The notes: generated by a model not told the origin, from the letters alone. A stretch of DNA of 64,000 bases from Selaginella moellendorffii (GCF_000143415.4 NW_003314280.1:1612894-1676893); one strand, 5' to 3'. Counted from the stretch's first letter, positions 49,497 to 62,539 are shown. Made by a program: numbers and translations.

Positions 49497-52400
49497 TTCG
49501 CCACCACATTTGATTTTCCTGGACGATGCTTAATAAGAAATTCCCCAAACTCCATGAATTTGACCATCCAACGAGCTTGCCTAATGTTCAATGCCTTCTA
49601 TGTGAAAAGATACACAAGTGGTTTGTGATCTGTCAACACCACAAACACTACACCATAAAAATAGTGGTGCCATGTCTGCAAAGCATGAATAATAGAGAGT
49701 AATTCTTGCTCATATATGGAATAGCATTGCTTCGCGGGATTTAAAGTTTGACTCTCATATGTAATAGGTTGTCCGTCTTGTGTGAGAACTCCTCCCAATG
49801 CATAACCACTTGCATCACATATCACCTCATAAGGTTTTGATGGATTAACAATGCGAAACATTAGAGCTTCGTTCAACAATTGTTTTAGTGCCACAAAACT
49901 CTCCTCTTGTGGCTTCTTCCACTCAAATGGCACGTTCTTGCACAACAACTATGTCAAAGGAATAGCCACCTCTGCAAACTTATGCTAGAAACATCAATAG
50001 TAACTAGCCATTTCAAGGAAACTGCATAACTCGGCCACTGTACTTGGTGTAGGCCAGTTCTCCACCACAACCACTTTCCTTAGATCCATCTTGACACCCT
50101 TAGATGTCACAATATGGCCTAGATATTCCACCTCCAACTTTGCAAATTCACATTTGCTCTTCTTCGCATAAAATTTGCTGTCAAGGAGTAACAAAAGAAC
50201 TTTGCACAAATGCATCTTATGCTCCTCCATATTCTTGCTGAAAACAAGAATATTGTCCAAGAAAATCTCCATAAACTTATGAAGATAATGCCTAAATACC
50301 TCCATCATCAACTGAGTAAATGTGCCTGGTGCATTCATCAAACCAAACAGCATAATTGTAAACTCAAAATGCCCAAAGTTTGTGTTGAATGCCGTCTTGG
50401 AGATAGATGCATAATCCATTACAATCTGATGATATCCACTCCTCAGATCAATCTTAGTAAACACTCATGCTTCACCAAGCTTGTCTAAGATATCATCCAT
50501 ATGTGGCATCGGTATCTTATCTTTCACTATCTTTTTGTTCAAGGCATGGTAGTCAATACACATCCGCATTGAACTGTCCTTCTTCTTCACAAGCAAGACT
50601 GGAGCACCAAATGAAGACTTACTTGGCTAAATAAATCCAAACTCCTTGACTTGTCGTTGAAGTTCTTGCTCCTCCGCATAACTTAATCGAAATGGATGCC
50701 AGTAAATTGGCCACGTCCCCAGCTCCAACATAATCCCATGCTCTACACCTCGTAATGGAGGCAACCCATGAGAAAGTTTAAATGGAAAAACATTGGAAAA
50801 CTCGTCGAGTACATCCCATATTGTTGCTTCTCCCCCACACGTGCCTTGGTCCCCCAAGTCACAAATAAATAGCAAGTAACACAAAAATGCTTTTTCATTA
50901 CGACAAGCCCGCTTCAAAGATGTAGCGGAGAGCATAACAACTGGAGGTTGAACTCCCTCTCCAAAGCACACATCTTTAATGCCATTGTACTCCAATGAGA
51001 CATGCTTAATATTCCACTTGATCTCCGGATCCACCTTTACTAACCATGGCATCCCAAGAATGAAATCCATGTGATAGATATCCGTGAGATAAAAAGTCTC
51101 CACAAGTGTGGTTTTACCAACCAACACTTCCAACCCCTTTACACAAGCATCGAAATGCTAAGCAGAGGTAACTGCACCTTCCACTGTATATGGAGGAACT
51201 CTGCATATGACTAGGCCATGCTCCGCAACAAACTTTGCTGAAACGAAGTTGTCATCACTCCCACTATCCAATAAAATCCGCACTAGATCGCCACGAAATA
51301 CACTCTCCATCATTAAAGCTGATTCACGAGTATCCTCGAGCTCCATCTTGTTCCACACACAGTTGAGCTAACAAGCAACGATCAAAAGCCTCTTCCTCCG
51401 ACCGGAATAGTTGTCCCCATCATCTTCACGTTGCAAAGTTTACAACTTTTTAGTATCTGATTTACCATCAATAGAAGATTGGCTATTCTTTTTGCTCTGT
51501 TGCTTGTTCTTCAACTGTGGACAATCAGCCTTATAGTGTCTAAGCTCGCCGCAATGATAACAACCCTATCTATAATTCTTCACAAAGAACTTCTACTTGT
51601 TTGACCCCTTTACATCTGAAGTAGTCACTACAGACTTCAACTTATGGTGCTTATTCCCATCTTTGTGTCCATGGCAATCATCACAATGATTCTTAACAGA
51701 AGGACTCCGTGAATGCTTGCAAGACTTGTGCTTGTCCTTGTTAAGTCGACGAGCTACATCAAAGAGCTCCTTCAAACTCTTTATAGGCTGAGAATGATGC
51801 AAATGTTGCCGCATGCTCTCACTATGAAGGCCATCAATGAAGTAGGACTTGTTTTGATCTGGATCCTTTGTTGGAACATGGCTAACCAAGCGAGTAAACT
51901 TCTTAATATAGTCTCTGAGCGTTATTTTCCCTTGCTAGAAATGCCAAAGTTCTATATGAGCATTTTCCATGTCGTAGTGAGGGGCAAAACATAAATGGAA
52001 AGCAATCTCAAACTCATCCATGGTAGACACTAGTGGTTTCTTATCTGCAATACAAAACTCTTCAAGTCAATTCCACCACTGCAAACCTGCATCACGCAAA
52101 ACCATTGAAATAGCCACTAAAGCCTTTGCATTTAGAGTTCAGCCAAGAACTTCTTCACATTGGCTAGCCAAGCGAGACACTTGGCCACACCACCATCACT
52201 AGAAAAGGTTAGAATCTTGAGTTGATTTATCAAGGAAGGTTTACTTAGAGCGCTACCACGTCCAACCTCGAGTGCCTCAACACGTTCATGCATGGTATCC
52301 ACCATGCCATGCATCTTGTTTTGCATCTCTTGCTGATTTTGATTAAGGGCTTGCAGCTCATGAACAACATCTTGAATGGTCCAAATTTCTACAACTTTGT

Positions 52401-52745
52401 CGGCACCATCTTCAGCACCACCATCAACAATAGGGTTCCAGCATTCAGCTTGGTCAGCCATCGCAACCAACATATCTCTGCCGGTGTAAAAAGACAGAAA
52501 TTTAATTCCCCTAGACTATGTTATGCCACCTCTTAAGGTTCTTCACCACCCAACCACCCCCAAACTACCTCAAAAGCTTCATTGTGCCCATTATGAGCCC
52601 TAGGGTAGGTTAAGTCAATTAGCCTAAAAACCTTAGTTTATATATAAAAGTGAATGGTCCACATTGAAATCAATCCAATGGTTACTAAAATCCCACTATG
52701 TTAATATTAGTATACAATATTGTAGCCATATACTTGCACCTCAGA
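49497..52745 (-). mobile_element. Family E Ty3/gypsy element, 5' half (LTR ~52519-52745, gag, PR, RT, RNase H)
   Basis: Knuckle CYHCGELRHYKADC, ILLDSGS, FTKIDLRSGYHQI, CDASGYALGGVL; continues at 23775 (+). Confidence 0.88.
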
Positions 52746-54221
52746 TCATCAAATTTTATCTTTCTTAATAATAATATTTTATAAAAAAATTTAATTGATG
52801 TAATGTATTCTTGAACCTTCAATAATTATTAATTGGCTGGAGATAGTAAAAAAAAACTATTTTTTTTAGAAAACTTTATAATTTTGTATAGTAATAAAGA
52901 AATATTGTTACTAAAATAACAAAACATTAAAAATTCTAATTAAAAGCATTTGTAAAGTTTCAAATTCAACTTTAACATAAAAGGAAATTAATTAGCTTCA
53001 AGTAGTTTGGATTTCCTTGTGCTCGCTTGCCAAGAATCACATGATGCTGCTCCTACCCATAGAGGCAAATCGTGACTGGTTTTGACCCTTAAAAAAGAAA
53101 TTTTTCTTTCTTACTAATTTGGGTAGCAATTTCTATCCAAAGGCCTAAGGTCATCTGAATCTGCTTTGAGTTTTCATTGAGTCCTTCCACTCAAAGCAGT
53201 GAGGCCTTTAGTTGCCCAGAAACTGATACACTGCTGTGATTGAAATTGGTGTCAGTGTAGCTGGAAAGAACAACAGGATCAAGGAGGTACTGCAAAACGA
53301 AAGAAGAGGCTATACTGTTGATATCCACATAAAGCTCCCAAGCTGGTATAATATTTCTGGTAGCATGGTTTTTCTCTGGTCTTTGGAGGTGGTACGTGTT
53401 CTCCTGGACCTTCAAGAAATATTTGTGCGCGTGACTTTGAATCTAGCAACAAAAGAACAAGGACAAACAACGAGAACTTACAGTTTGGAGCCAACAAAGA
53501 GCTCAATCTCTAACATGGACATAGTACTTTTATTTTACATTCTTTATAATCTCCAACAAATCCTCCAGGAGACCTGCCAATAGATGAACTATGCCAGCTT
53601 CACAAACTCCACGAAGAGCTCCAGTAGCGTCAGAAAGCATGTCAATCCTTGGTGACAATTGCCTGCTAGGAGCAATCCACAAGGACCAGGTTGCGAGTTT
53701 AGCAAAATTATGATTTTGGTGTGTTGGTATCCAACTTACAGCTATTCCTTAATTGAGTAAACGTGAAAGGTTTTTGTTTGCTCTGGTGGTAGAGGGTTAA
53801 TAATAAGTTGTGACTTCACAGAAAATATTCTGTTTTGGCAGTTTCAACAAGAAGCATGAGACTGTGCAAACAAGTTTGCAAGTTTGTAATGGGGTTTTCT
53901 CACTCCCTCCACTCCCACCCTCACGTTCTTCCATCTCCCCACCCAGGCCACTCTGAGGTCCTAAGATGCTAAAGGTAAATCCTCCAGCCCTTGGACTTTG
54001 AACATTAAAGCTGGACTGGAAGATGTATAACTTGAATTTCTAACATGCCATAGATGTGAAGTCTCCAGCGACTGTTACGTGTTAAACTGGATAGGTTTTT
54101 ATTTTGCTTTGCATACACGGCCACGATTGTCATCACATTGCAATGCAACAACTAATTCCACACATAAAAGTCCAAGCTAGAAGATACATCTACGTCTCCG
54201 GCACGTGCCTCAACGAAATCA

Positions 54222-55195
54222 ATGGAGTTCCTCTGGATTGGTTTTGCGTCTTTCATTGCTCTCGTATTCCTTAAGCTTGTCAGTGGCAACCGAGGCAGCG
54301 GTAGCAAATCGCCACCATCTCCTCCGGGACTTCCAATCCTCGGCCATCTCCATCTCCTCGGTAAGCTCCCCCACCAGTCCTTGCAGAAGCTCTCCCAGAG
54401 GCATGGCGGCCTCATGCTTCTCAAGCTTGGCGTCCACAACACGCTCGTTGCTTCCACCGCCGAGGCCGCCAGGGAGCTCCTCAAGACGCAAAATCATGTC
54501 TTTTCTTCCAGGCCCAGGACGATTGCCGGCGAGAACTTCGGGTATGGAGGAGCTGGGATGGTCTGGGCCGCCTATGGCGATCACTGGAGGAGCGTCCGTA
54601 AGCTATGCACTCTGGAGCTCCTCACTGCCAAGCGAGTCGAGATGTTCCAGCAAGTCCGGAAAGCCGAGATGTCGATGCTCTTGAAGGAGATCCAAAGTTC
54701 CCAGACGAGTTCCGTGGAGCTCACGTCCAAGCTCCTGGATCTCACTTTCAACTTCATGACGAGGATGGTGATGAACCGGAGCTACTCCTCTGGGAGCTCC
54801 GCTGAGAGGGAACTCGCAGTAAGGTTCAAAGACTTGATTACGGAGGCGTTCACGGTGGCTGGAAGTAACACCTGGCCGACTTCTTCCCATATCTGGGATG
54901 GATGGACGGCCAAGCCAGGAAGATCTGCGCGATCCACAAGCAGCTCGACGAGTATCTGGCCAAGCAGATCGTCGAGCACCGCCAGCAGCCAGGAACCAAC
55001 AGAGATTTCCTGGACATGATGTTGGCCACAAAAGATCTCAGCGATACTTCCATCAAATCTCTCTGCCTGGTATGGAAACTGTTCCGTGTTCTTCTCGTCA
55101 TTGACATGGCGGAGAAGTTTGGTCTTACTGTTCCCAGAGCTTCTCCACTCAGGCTGGTACCGTCCACACGCTTGAACCCACAGGCATACATTTGA
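54222..55195 (+). pseudogene. Cytochrome P450 (CYP71 clan) pseudogene
   Basis: Membrane anchor, PPSPPGLPILGHLHLL, YGDHWR. A 1-nt deletion lies at ~54872, and a ~540-bp deletion at ~55105 removes the I-helix, ExxR, PERF and heme Cys relative to the 62540-64000 paralog. Confidence 0.92.
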
Positions 55196-57170
55196 TTGTC
55201 AAAATAAAACACACTTTTATTGCAAGTTCTCACGATCTTCATTGAATTTGAGTTGAATCTGCAAAGATTTGGTGAGGACAATCATCGTAGCGCGAGAAAA
55301 GAAACCTGTGCAAGTAGAGAATCGTGATTCGCGATCCTTCGGCGACCTGGCATAACAAGCGGACAGACATTTTCCTTTTCCTTGTGTTTTTTTTCGTAAG
55401 ATGGCTGACCTGGCACTTCAGGAATTCTACAGCAAAAGTTCACATAGAAAGCGAACTCCATACCTGAAAGAATGGAAGCTTGTATGGCAAACTTAAGCTC
55501 AGTTCCTCCAGTGTTGGAAGCTGGATATTTGTCTGTGTGTGCTCTAAAAAGTTCAGGACGACAATGAAAGAAAGGAAGAGCTTGCCTCATCATCAGGGAA
55601 TTTTTGGCGTCCGGACAGAAACAAACTTAATAGAGTGAATGAAAAACACCACACACTGGAGATTCTTGCCGCTCCTGCTAGTCCATCCCCACATTTAGTT
55701 GCCGTAATGGGGCGAGAGTTAATCGAGTTCTGTTTTAGGGTTCTTGGAGTGAAATAGAATGGTGGAGGCCATTCGCAAAGGTAGTCGCATGTAAAGTAAG
55801 AAAAAGATTCCCCACCATCTATGTTTATTGATCTAAACTGTTCTTTCCGTGTATCACTCTCTCAACCTTTGAGCGAGCTTTTATCTGCATTGGATCTACG
55901 AGCTCAGAATTTTGTCAAGCAAAGCAGCGCAAGGTACATGGATCTCTTTGGAATTCTCATTTCTCTTTTCCCTGCGAGTATAGGCAGCGGCCGAATATGT
56001 AGTCGAAAAGGGGCTGGATACCAAAGGTGCCGAAGCAGCACGAACGCGAGAGCTAGTTTTAAATGGTTATTATTCCTTAATTTGTTTTAAGGGTGGTTGC
56101 TTTGACCAGATCTTCACATTTCCCATACATCGCGTCCGAGGCTGGATAGAGTTCCTGGAACTCGGAGGATTTACAGACAGTGGGAGCTCGGTCTCCAGTT
56201 CTCCAGATCTTTCTTCCTTGCGAGAAATCTCCCATGGCTGTGCAAGCATTGGTCGCAGCAGCAAAAGCTAGTCTCCTTCTTTGCACCGATTTTCGCCGAG
56301 CAATCGCTTGAAAAGGCTCAACGCGGCTCGTTGACGCCATGCGCGACGTACTCGACGATCATGGCTGTGGAGCACGACGAATCCGCGCAACACACTTTGA
56401 GAACATCTTGATCACTGCACAGCTGATTTTTATTCCTTTGAGACCGAGCTCCCACTGTCTGTAAATGTTCCTCCAAGCTCCAGGAACTCTATCCGGCCTC
56501 GGAACGAGCAAAAGGTCTCGGATGAACTCCTTCTAGAGCTTGCAAAGGATTTTCATAGAGTTGCCAGCTTGAGCACACGCAGCTATGGCGGCGTTCCAAA
56601 ACTTCTCTTCCATTCCCTCGACGTCTTCCACACTGCCGATTTCCCATATGCCGGAATCAATCCATCCCAGCAGCATTCCTTCACAGAAAACTCTCCCAGC
56701 TCCACGGATTCGTGGATCACTCGGATGATCGCAGTGGCGCCCACAAGCCTCCACGATTGCGCAGAGCGTGAAGCTGCTGGGCTTGATCCCTTCCACCACC
56801 GCTTGCAATGCCTAAACAAAATCCCCGCTCTGGGAAATGCACGCTCCACGAGAACGATTCCAGCATCGGTCGTGATTAATCCCGGAGATTCCTGTCGTCG
56901 ATCACGCCAGCCCTCTTGGCGGCAACATCGCTCGCGCGCTTGGATTGCGAAATCAGCTCCACCTGGTTGCGTGTGACTCGCGCTTGCCGCTCCCTGCGAA
57001 GCTGCGCTGGATCGCGTGCGGACCATGGCGGATTTTGCTTCCCGCGACCTGCGATTCCCGCGCTTGCGATTCTCTCGCGACTGGAGGAGGATGTGATCCA
57101 CGCGACGACGCACGCGGCTGGAGAAATGCGCGAAGCCTCTGTTTGTAGAGTTTTGGGTTCCACTCCACAG
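54279..57170 (+). repeat. Left arm of a large inverted duplication (partner 61440-64000, continuing beyond the window)
   Basis: P450 exon, 3' UTR and downstream PPR relic all match in reverse complement. The left arm has an extra ~870 bp (55529-56400). Confidence 0.9.
56070..56900 (-). pseudogene. Pentatricopeptide-repeat (PPR) gene relic
   Basis: Frameshifted PPR-like pieces: GIKPSSFTLCAIVEACG, LIPAYGK, FWNAAIAACAQAG, AVIKMFSKC, AMYGKCEDL. Confidence 0.65.
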
Positions 57171-58190
57171 AGAAGTGCTTTGTGATACGGATTGCTCCAG
57201 GCGACTTTGTGTTGCTGGCCCTAGGCAGGTGGGCTGTGTCTCTAGCACTAGCGGCCGCGTGTTACTTGGATTTCTCCTCTGATTTAGCCTTCTTCGGCGT
57301 CTACACCCTTGAGTGTTCATTAATTCGTTTTCACGGTATCCTTGTGCTAGTCGGTATGCTTCTGCGAGCTTGGTTGTAGGCAGAGTCCAACTCACTGGTC
57401 CGTGTAATATCTGTAGCACAAGTCTCAGGATTTCGCAAAAATCCTGAACTTCGCCAAGATCCTGAATTCTGTCGAGTTCAGTCGCAAATTGATAAATTTG
57501 TGTTCCGATTGTTGTTCTTAAAGCTGCTGCAACCACTCTAGTACTTGAGCTATTTAAAACTAGTGTAATTGGGGTGAAGTCTTCTTGCTTATGGGCCCCA
57601 AGAAAATTTACGTATGTTTGCTGGAAGATGTGTCCTCTAAGGGTTCTTTCGCCAGCAAAGTGATCAAGCATTTCTTCATTTTTCCCTCTCTTTCTCTCGG
57701 GATTTCGGGATTTACTCAGGATCTTTCCTGGTCTTCCGGTTTTTCTTCTTGCTTTGGGGTTGTGTTTTCTTGGTCTTTGATCTTCAAGGCTGCTTTCTTA
57801 TTGATGCAGTAGTTACATCTCTTATCTGGATAGCACACTATGTACGGCTTTGCACAGTTTTGAAATCCACACAGCAAGCAATCTTGGTATGGTGTGCAGC
57901 TCTTGTCTCTAAATGGGCAGTCGTGCCCCTCCATGCGTGTGGGCAGTTGCGTTGCTGCACATCTTCACTTTCGCAAATGCTGAGTTGCGAATTTATGAGT
58001 CCTTGGTCAAGGATCCTTAGAATATTCTTTGTCTTCAACCTTTGGCTGTGTAACGGTTTTGTAACCACCTTGGATTTCTTGGGAAAAATCCCAGTTTCTC
58101 TTTGCTTGAGTGCTTTCCAGCACTAACACTGTCTTCTAGTGCCTTTAATCTTCGTGTTTCTTCATTTCTCTTTTGTTTCTTCCACATCAC
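57170..58190 (-). other. Disrupted unknown Cys-rich/basic ORF
   Basis: Three overlapping minus-strand frames (57838-58068, 57716-57934 and the 5' part of 56583-57671) read as one broken protein; no family recognised. Confidence 0.4.
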
Positions 58191-58479
58191 ACCCTATTTC
58201 CTCCTTGTTCCTTTGTTCTGGGCTCGATCTTCTGGGTGTGATCAGTCTCCAGTGTCTCCCCTCATTGTGCTCTCAAACCCACCGTGGTCGCCAATGGAAA
58301 ACACATGGAAAACCCACCCTTGCACAAGTCTTGCAAAGGGAGAAAAATCTAAACTACTTACTTGCGTTTCCTATGCTATTGGGAATTCCTGCGCCTCTTC
58401 CAGATCCCCAAAGCGTGGCAAGAATATGCCACTGATTATTCTGTGCACACTTTGGGAATTTTTCTGAAAGTCTAATTCC

Positions 58480-59617
58480 TGAATGCATATTTCCTAAGCC
58501 ACGGATTCCTGAGTGGTGCTTCCAGATTTTTAGTGCCTTTTTTCTATAGTATTATGCTTAGCAAATTACACATTATATTTCATTAGACTTTATAAGAGTA
58601 GTGAATTCTCATTAATCTTGACTTAGTCTTGATTAGTATATCCAATGTAATTATTTGCAGTTGATATATTAGTATCCATACTATAGCCTAGTCCATTAAA
58701 AGGTTATATACCATATAAGTCCATCTCATAATCTTGAGTGTTAATTATGCATAGCTAGCGCTCAAAGGTATTAGCTAAACACATTAATAAACTTATTATA
58801 GTTGAGTTGGACTAAAGTAATCATTTTGTTTATACTTGTCCACATTCCTATACATTGTACCTAGAGTGTTACTTTTCTATTGGATAAATATATAATTCAA
58901 TGATATGAGTTTAGTGTTTGAGTCCTACAAAAGTGAGTTGAAGAATAATTATTAGTTTCTAATGATTTTGTCAAGGATTATTAACACTATTTTTGCTTGA
59001 TGATAATTTAGCAGTGATGAGTTTGTTTTACTAGATGGTATTGTTCAGGATTGTATCATTAACCTTGTATGATTTTCCATATTGGTATATTAATTCCCCC
59101 TCTATTGATGTTACCTAGTTGCATTTAATTTGTGGTGTTGGATTTTATTAAGTCTTAGATGTAATGATTCACTCCTTGACATGATGTTGATAGCATTAAA
59201 GTGACATCTTGACATTGATATTATTGGAGCTGAAAGTGAAGTGAGATGCTTTGTTGTCTCCATGGGCATATTGAGGAAGTTGGATTTTCCATTTTTAGTG
59301 GTTCAGATGGTTGGTAAATAGTTGGGCTTAATAGAGATTAATATTTCATTTCACTAGTCTCAATTAAAATAGTGTTGGTAGTTGGTTATACCTTTATTCA
59401 TTAACATTTATGCATTTGTTAATTAACACTTATGTTAACATTCAAATGAATTAAGTGGCAAGTTGAGTTAGTTTTGTTCTAGATGAGATTTCTTAATAAA
59501 GGTTGAGCTTTAGCTTTTCTTTAAAATATAATTTAGTCATAAATTATGCTAACTTTCCAAGAGAAAAAATTAAATTAGTGATCGACATTAAAGTTGTTAG
59601 TTCTTTGTTAGAATTAC
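58480..59617 (+). mobile_element. Strongly decayed family B internal fragment
   Basis: 59150-59610 aligns by eye with 8335-8730; AT-drifted. Confidence 0.6.
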
Positions 59618-59971
59618 TGTGAGACACAAATCTCTAAGCCCCAAAGTGGAGCAAAAAGGGTGCCACATGGTGGTCAAAGTTGAAGCCAAACTAGCATAAC
59701 ACATTTAGACTAAAAACTCTAACTCAAAAAGTAGAAAGCAAGAGTGGAACTCTCAATGAATTGCTTAAGGAACGAGCATGAAGCGATTAATAAGTGAGCC
59801 TCTAGAAAAGGGATATAAGAGGACTAACATATAACACATAGAAGTGTTGAGACTAAGTCCGAAATAGACCTGAGATAGAGTTTGAGAAGGAGTTTAAGAT
59901 AGACTCAAGATAAAGTCTGAGAAAGAGTCTGAGATAGACTCGAAATGGAGTTTGAGTTGGAGTCCAAGATG
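59618..59971 (+). repeat. Truncated family A LTR
   Basis: Starts TGTGAGACACAAATCTCTAAGCCCCAAAGTGG; decayed 12-bp array. Confidence 0.8.
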
Positions 59972-60367
59972 TGTAACACAATCTCACTGCTAAAAGATAG
60001 GCAATAATGAACACATTAGGCACTAAAAGCAAGCATGTCCAGATGCATTGGGCACATACTAAATGGAAGATAAGATGGATGTTCTTAACTCAGTCCTACA
60101 TTAAGTTGGCGATCTGTTATTTCCCATAACTAGTGTGCTAATCAGTATACGAAAGCTTAACAGAATTTTCTGTGTCTACAAACAGCACTGCTTCTTTGAA
60201 GCCATTGAATCCAAGTGTTCGATTGTAAAGTCTTTTGTGTAGGCAATGAAGTTCAACTTCAAATGCTCTACAGCTAGAATAAGAGTAATGTACGGATAAT
60301 TCCCCTGTATAAATACCAAAGCCTTCCCTCCCAAGCATCTCTACATCGATCAATCAATAACACCTCA

Positions 60368-60992
60368 ATGGCTAAGTTTTTCCAAGTTTTTGTTGTCGTA
60401 TTGCAGTTTTTGCAATTGCCAATGTTGTAGTCGTGCGGGGTGATGAAGATCCCCTCCAAGACGTCTGCGTTGAGGATCCCAACTCCAGAGTCTTCATCAA
60501 TGGAGTTCCTTGCAAGGATCCCAGCACTGTGACCGCCAACGATTTCACCTCCACTATCCTCCACACTCTCAACATCATGGTCCAGCTGATCGATATCACA
60601 ATGTTCCCAGGCCTCAACACGCAAGGACTCTCCATCGCCCGCCTCTCATTCGGTCCATTCGGAGTGAATCCTCCCCACATCCATCCCTGATCATCCGAGG
60701 TCATATATTGCCTCTAGGGACGCATCTACATTGGGTTTGTGACAACTTCCAACAGGCTGTTCAAGAAGGTTTTGTATCCTGGGGACTTGTTTGTCTTTCC
60801 TTGAGGGCTTGTCCACTTCCAATGGAACCTTGACCCGGTCAGCGCTCTCGCGATCGCCACTCTTGGGAGTCAAAACCCTGATCACACGGGGCTCTTTTCC
60901 AAACTCCAGAATCTGGTAATCTGAACGAAGTGATCGAAGCAGCTGACGAGAAAGTGATTGAAGCCCTTCGCACTGGAGTGAGCCAGACTTGA
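60368..60992 (+). pseudogene. Germin-like protein pseudogene
   Basis: Paralog of 37954-38607 (DEDPLQDVCV, GVNPPHIHP*SSEV). It has in-frame stops at 60688 and ~60715, frameshifts and small deletions, with TATAAATA at ~60307. Confidence 0.9.
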
Positions 60993-61139
60993 GCAAGAGT
61001 TCTATACTTAATTGTTAAAGGTAAGAAGAGGCAGTTCCCGAGTAGGGCGAGCACGTTCCCGCCCAGAATGGGCGAGCTGGGTGTTAGCCCGGTGAGCACG
61101 TTCTGGAGGGAACGAGCGAGCCTGTGCCTGGGAACGGCC

Positions 61140-61368
61140 TTAACGGGCTGTGGTGAGACTGTTAATGAACACATGGAAGAATGTTATTCGAGGATGAAAG
61201 AGTTTTCCAGAATTGGCAGTTGGTAGCCTGGTTCTCCAGAACTTAGCAGCTGGTAGCTGGGTTCTGGAAAACCTAGCAGTTGTCAGCCACGTTCTCGTAG
61301 AGAACCCGACTCGACCTGATGGCTGCCAACGGTTGGATCAAGTTAATGGGCAAGCCACAGCCCGTTAA
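61140..61368. mobile_element. Possible MITE with 14-bp inverted ends and internal ~29-bp tandem repeats
   Basis: TTAACGGGCTGTGG (61140-61153) and CCACAGCCCGTTAA (61355-61368). Confidence 0.4.
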
Positions 61369-61699
61369 AGGAAAGTTCTGTTTTTCTTAAGAAATATAAA
61401 TTTATTAAATTAAAAAAATCCTTAAAGGATATGCGGCTGTGGAGTGGAACTTAAAACTCTACGGCTTCGCCGTCGCGTGGATCACATCCTCCTCCAGTCG
61501 CGAGAGAATCGCAAGCGCGGGAATCGCAGGTCGCGGGAAGCAAAATCCGCCATGGTACGCACGCGATCCAGCTTAGCTTCGCAGGGAGCGGCAAGCGCGG
61601 AGCTGATTTCGCAATCCAAGCGCGCGAGCGATGTTGCACGGGCGCTGGATTCCGCCAAGAGGGCTGGCGTGATCGACGACAGGAATCTCCGGGATTAAT

Positions 61700-62195
61700 C
61701 ACGACCGATGCTGGAATCGTTCTCGTGGAGCGTGCATTTTCCCAGAGCGGGGATTTTGTTTAGGCATTGCAAGCGGTGGTGGAAGGGATCAAGCCCAGCA
61801 GCTTCACGCTCTGCGCAGTCGTGGAGGCTTGTGGGCGCCACTGCGATCATCCGAGTGATCCACGAATCCGTGGAGCTGGGAGAGTTTTCAGTGCTGGGAT
61901 GGATTGATTCCGGCGCATGGGAAATCGGCAGTGTGGAAGACGCGAGGAAAAATTTGGAGGGAATCGAAGAGAAGTTTTGGAACGCCGCCATAGCTGCGTG
62001 TGGTCAAGCTGGCGACTCTAAGAAAATCCTTTGCAAGCTCTGGAAGGAGTTCCTCCGAACAGGGAAACTTTCCTCCAGACCTTTTGCTCCTTCCGAGGCC
62101 GGATAGAGTTCCTGGAACTTGGAGGAACATTTACAGACAGTGGGAGCTCGGTCTCAACGGAATGAAAATCAGCTGCGCAGTGATCAAGATGTTCT
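61700..62195 (+). pseudogene. PPR relic, inverted copy of 56400-56870
   Basis: WEIGSVEDARKNLEGIEEKFWNAAIAACGQAG. Confidence 0.62.
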
Positions 62196-62539
62196 ATATC
62201 CAGCTTCCAACACGGGAGGAACTGAACTTAAGTTTGCCATACAAGCTTCCATTCTTTCAGGTATGGTGTTCGCTTTATGTCTTGTTTTTCTTAAACTTTT
62301 GCTGTAGAATTCCTGAGGTGCGAAGTCAGCCATCTTACGAAAAACAAACACAAGGAAAAGGAAAAAGTCTGTCCGCTTGTTATTCCAGGTCGCCGAAGGA
62401 TCGCGAATCACGATTCTCTACTTGCAGAGGTTTCTTTTCTCGCGCTGCGAAGATTGTCCTCACCAAATCTTTGCAGATTCAACTCAAATTCAATGAAGAT
62501 CGTGAGAACTTGCAATAAAAGTGTGTTTTATCTTGACAA

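Noticed and set aside
52504-52605. Self-priming PBS for family E
   Set aside because: Only a 6-nt match (CCCTAG) between the putative PBS and the post-TATA region; too decayed to call.
53191-53583. Short ORFs upstream of the P450 pseudogene
   Set aside because: No recognisable motifs; treated as promoter/intergenic sequence.
56583-57671. Single 362-aa gene
   Set aside because: The ORF crosses the inverted-repeat boundary at ~57170 and runs into an off-frame PPR relic, so it is probably a chance fusion.
62119-62200. MADS K-box-like peptide EEHLQTVGARSQRNENQL
   Set aside because: An alternative frame reads as a PPR motif (AVIKMF), consistent with the neighbouring relic.
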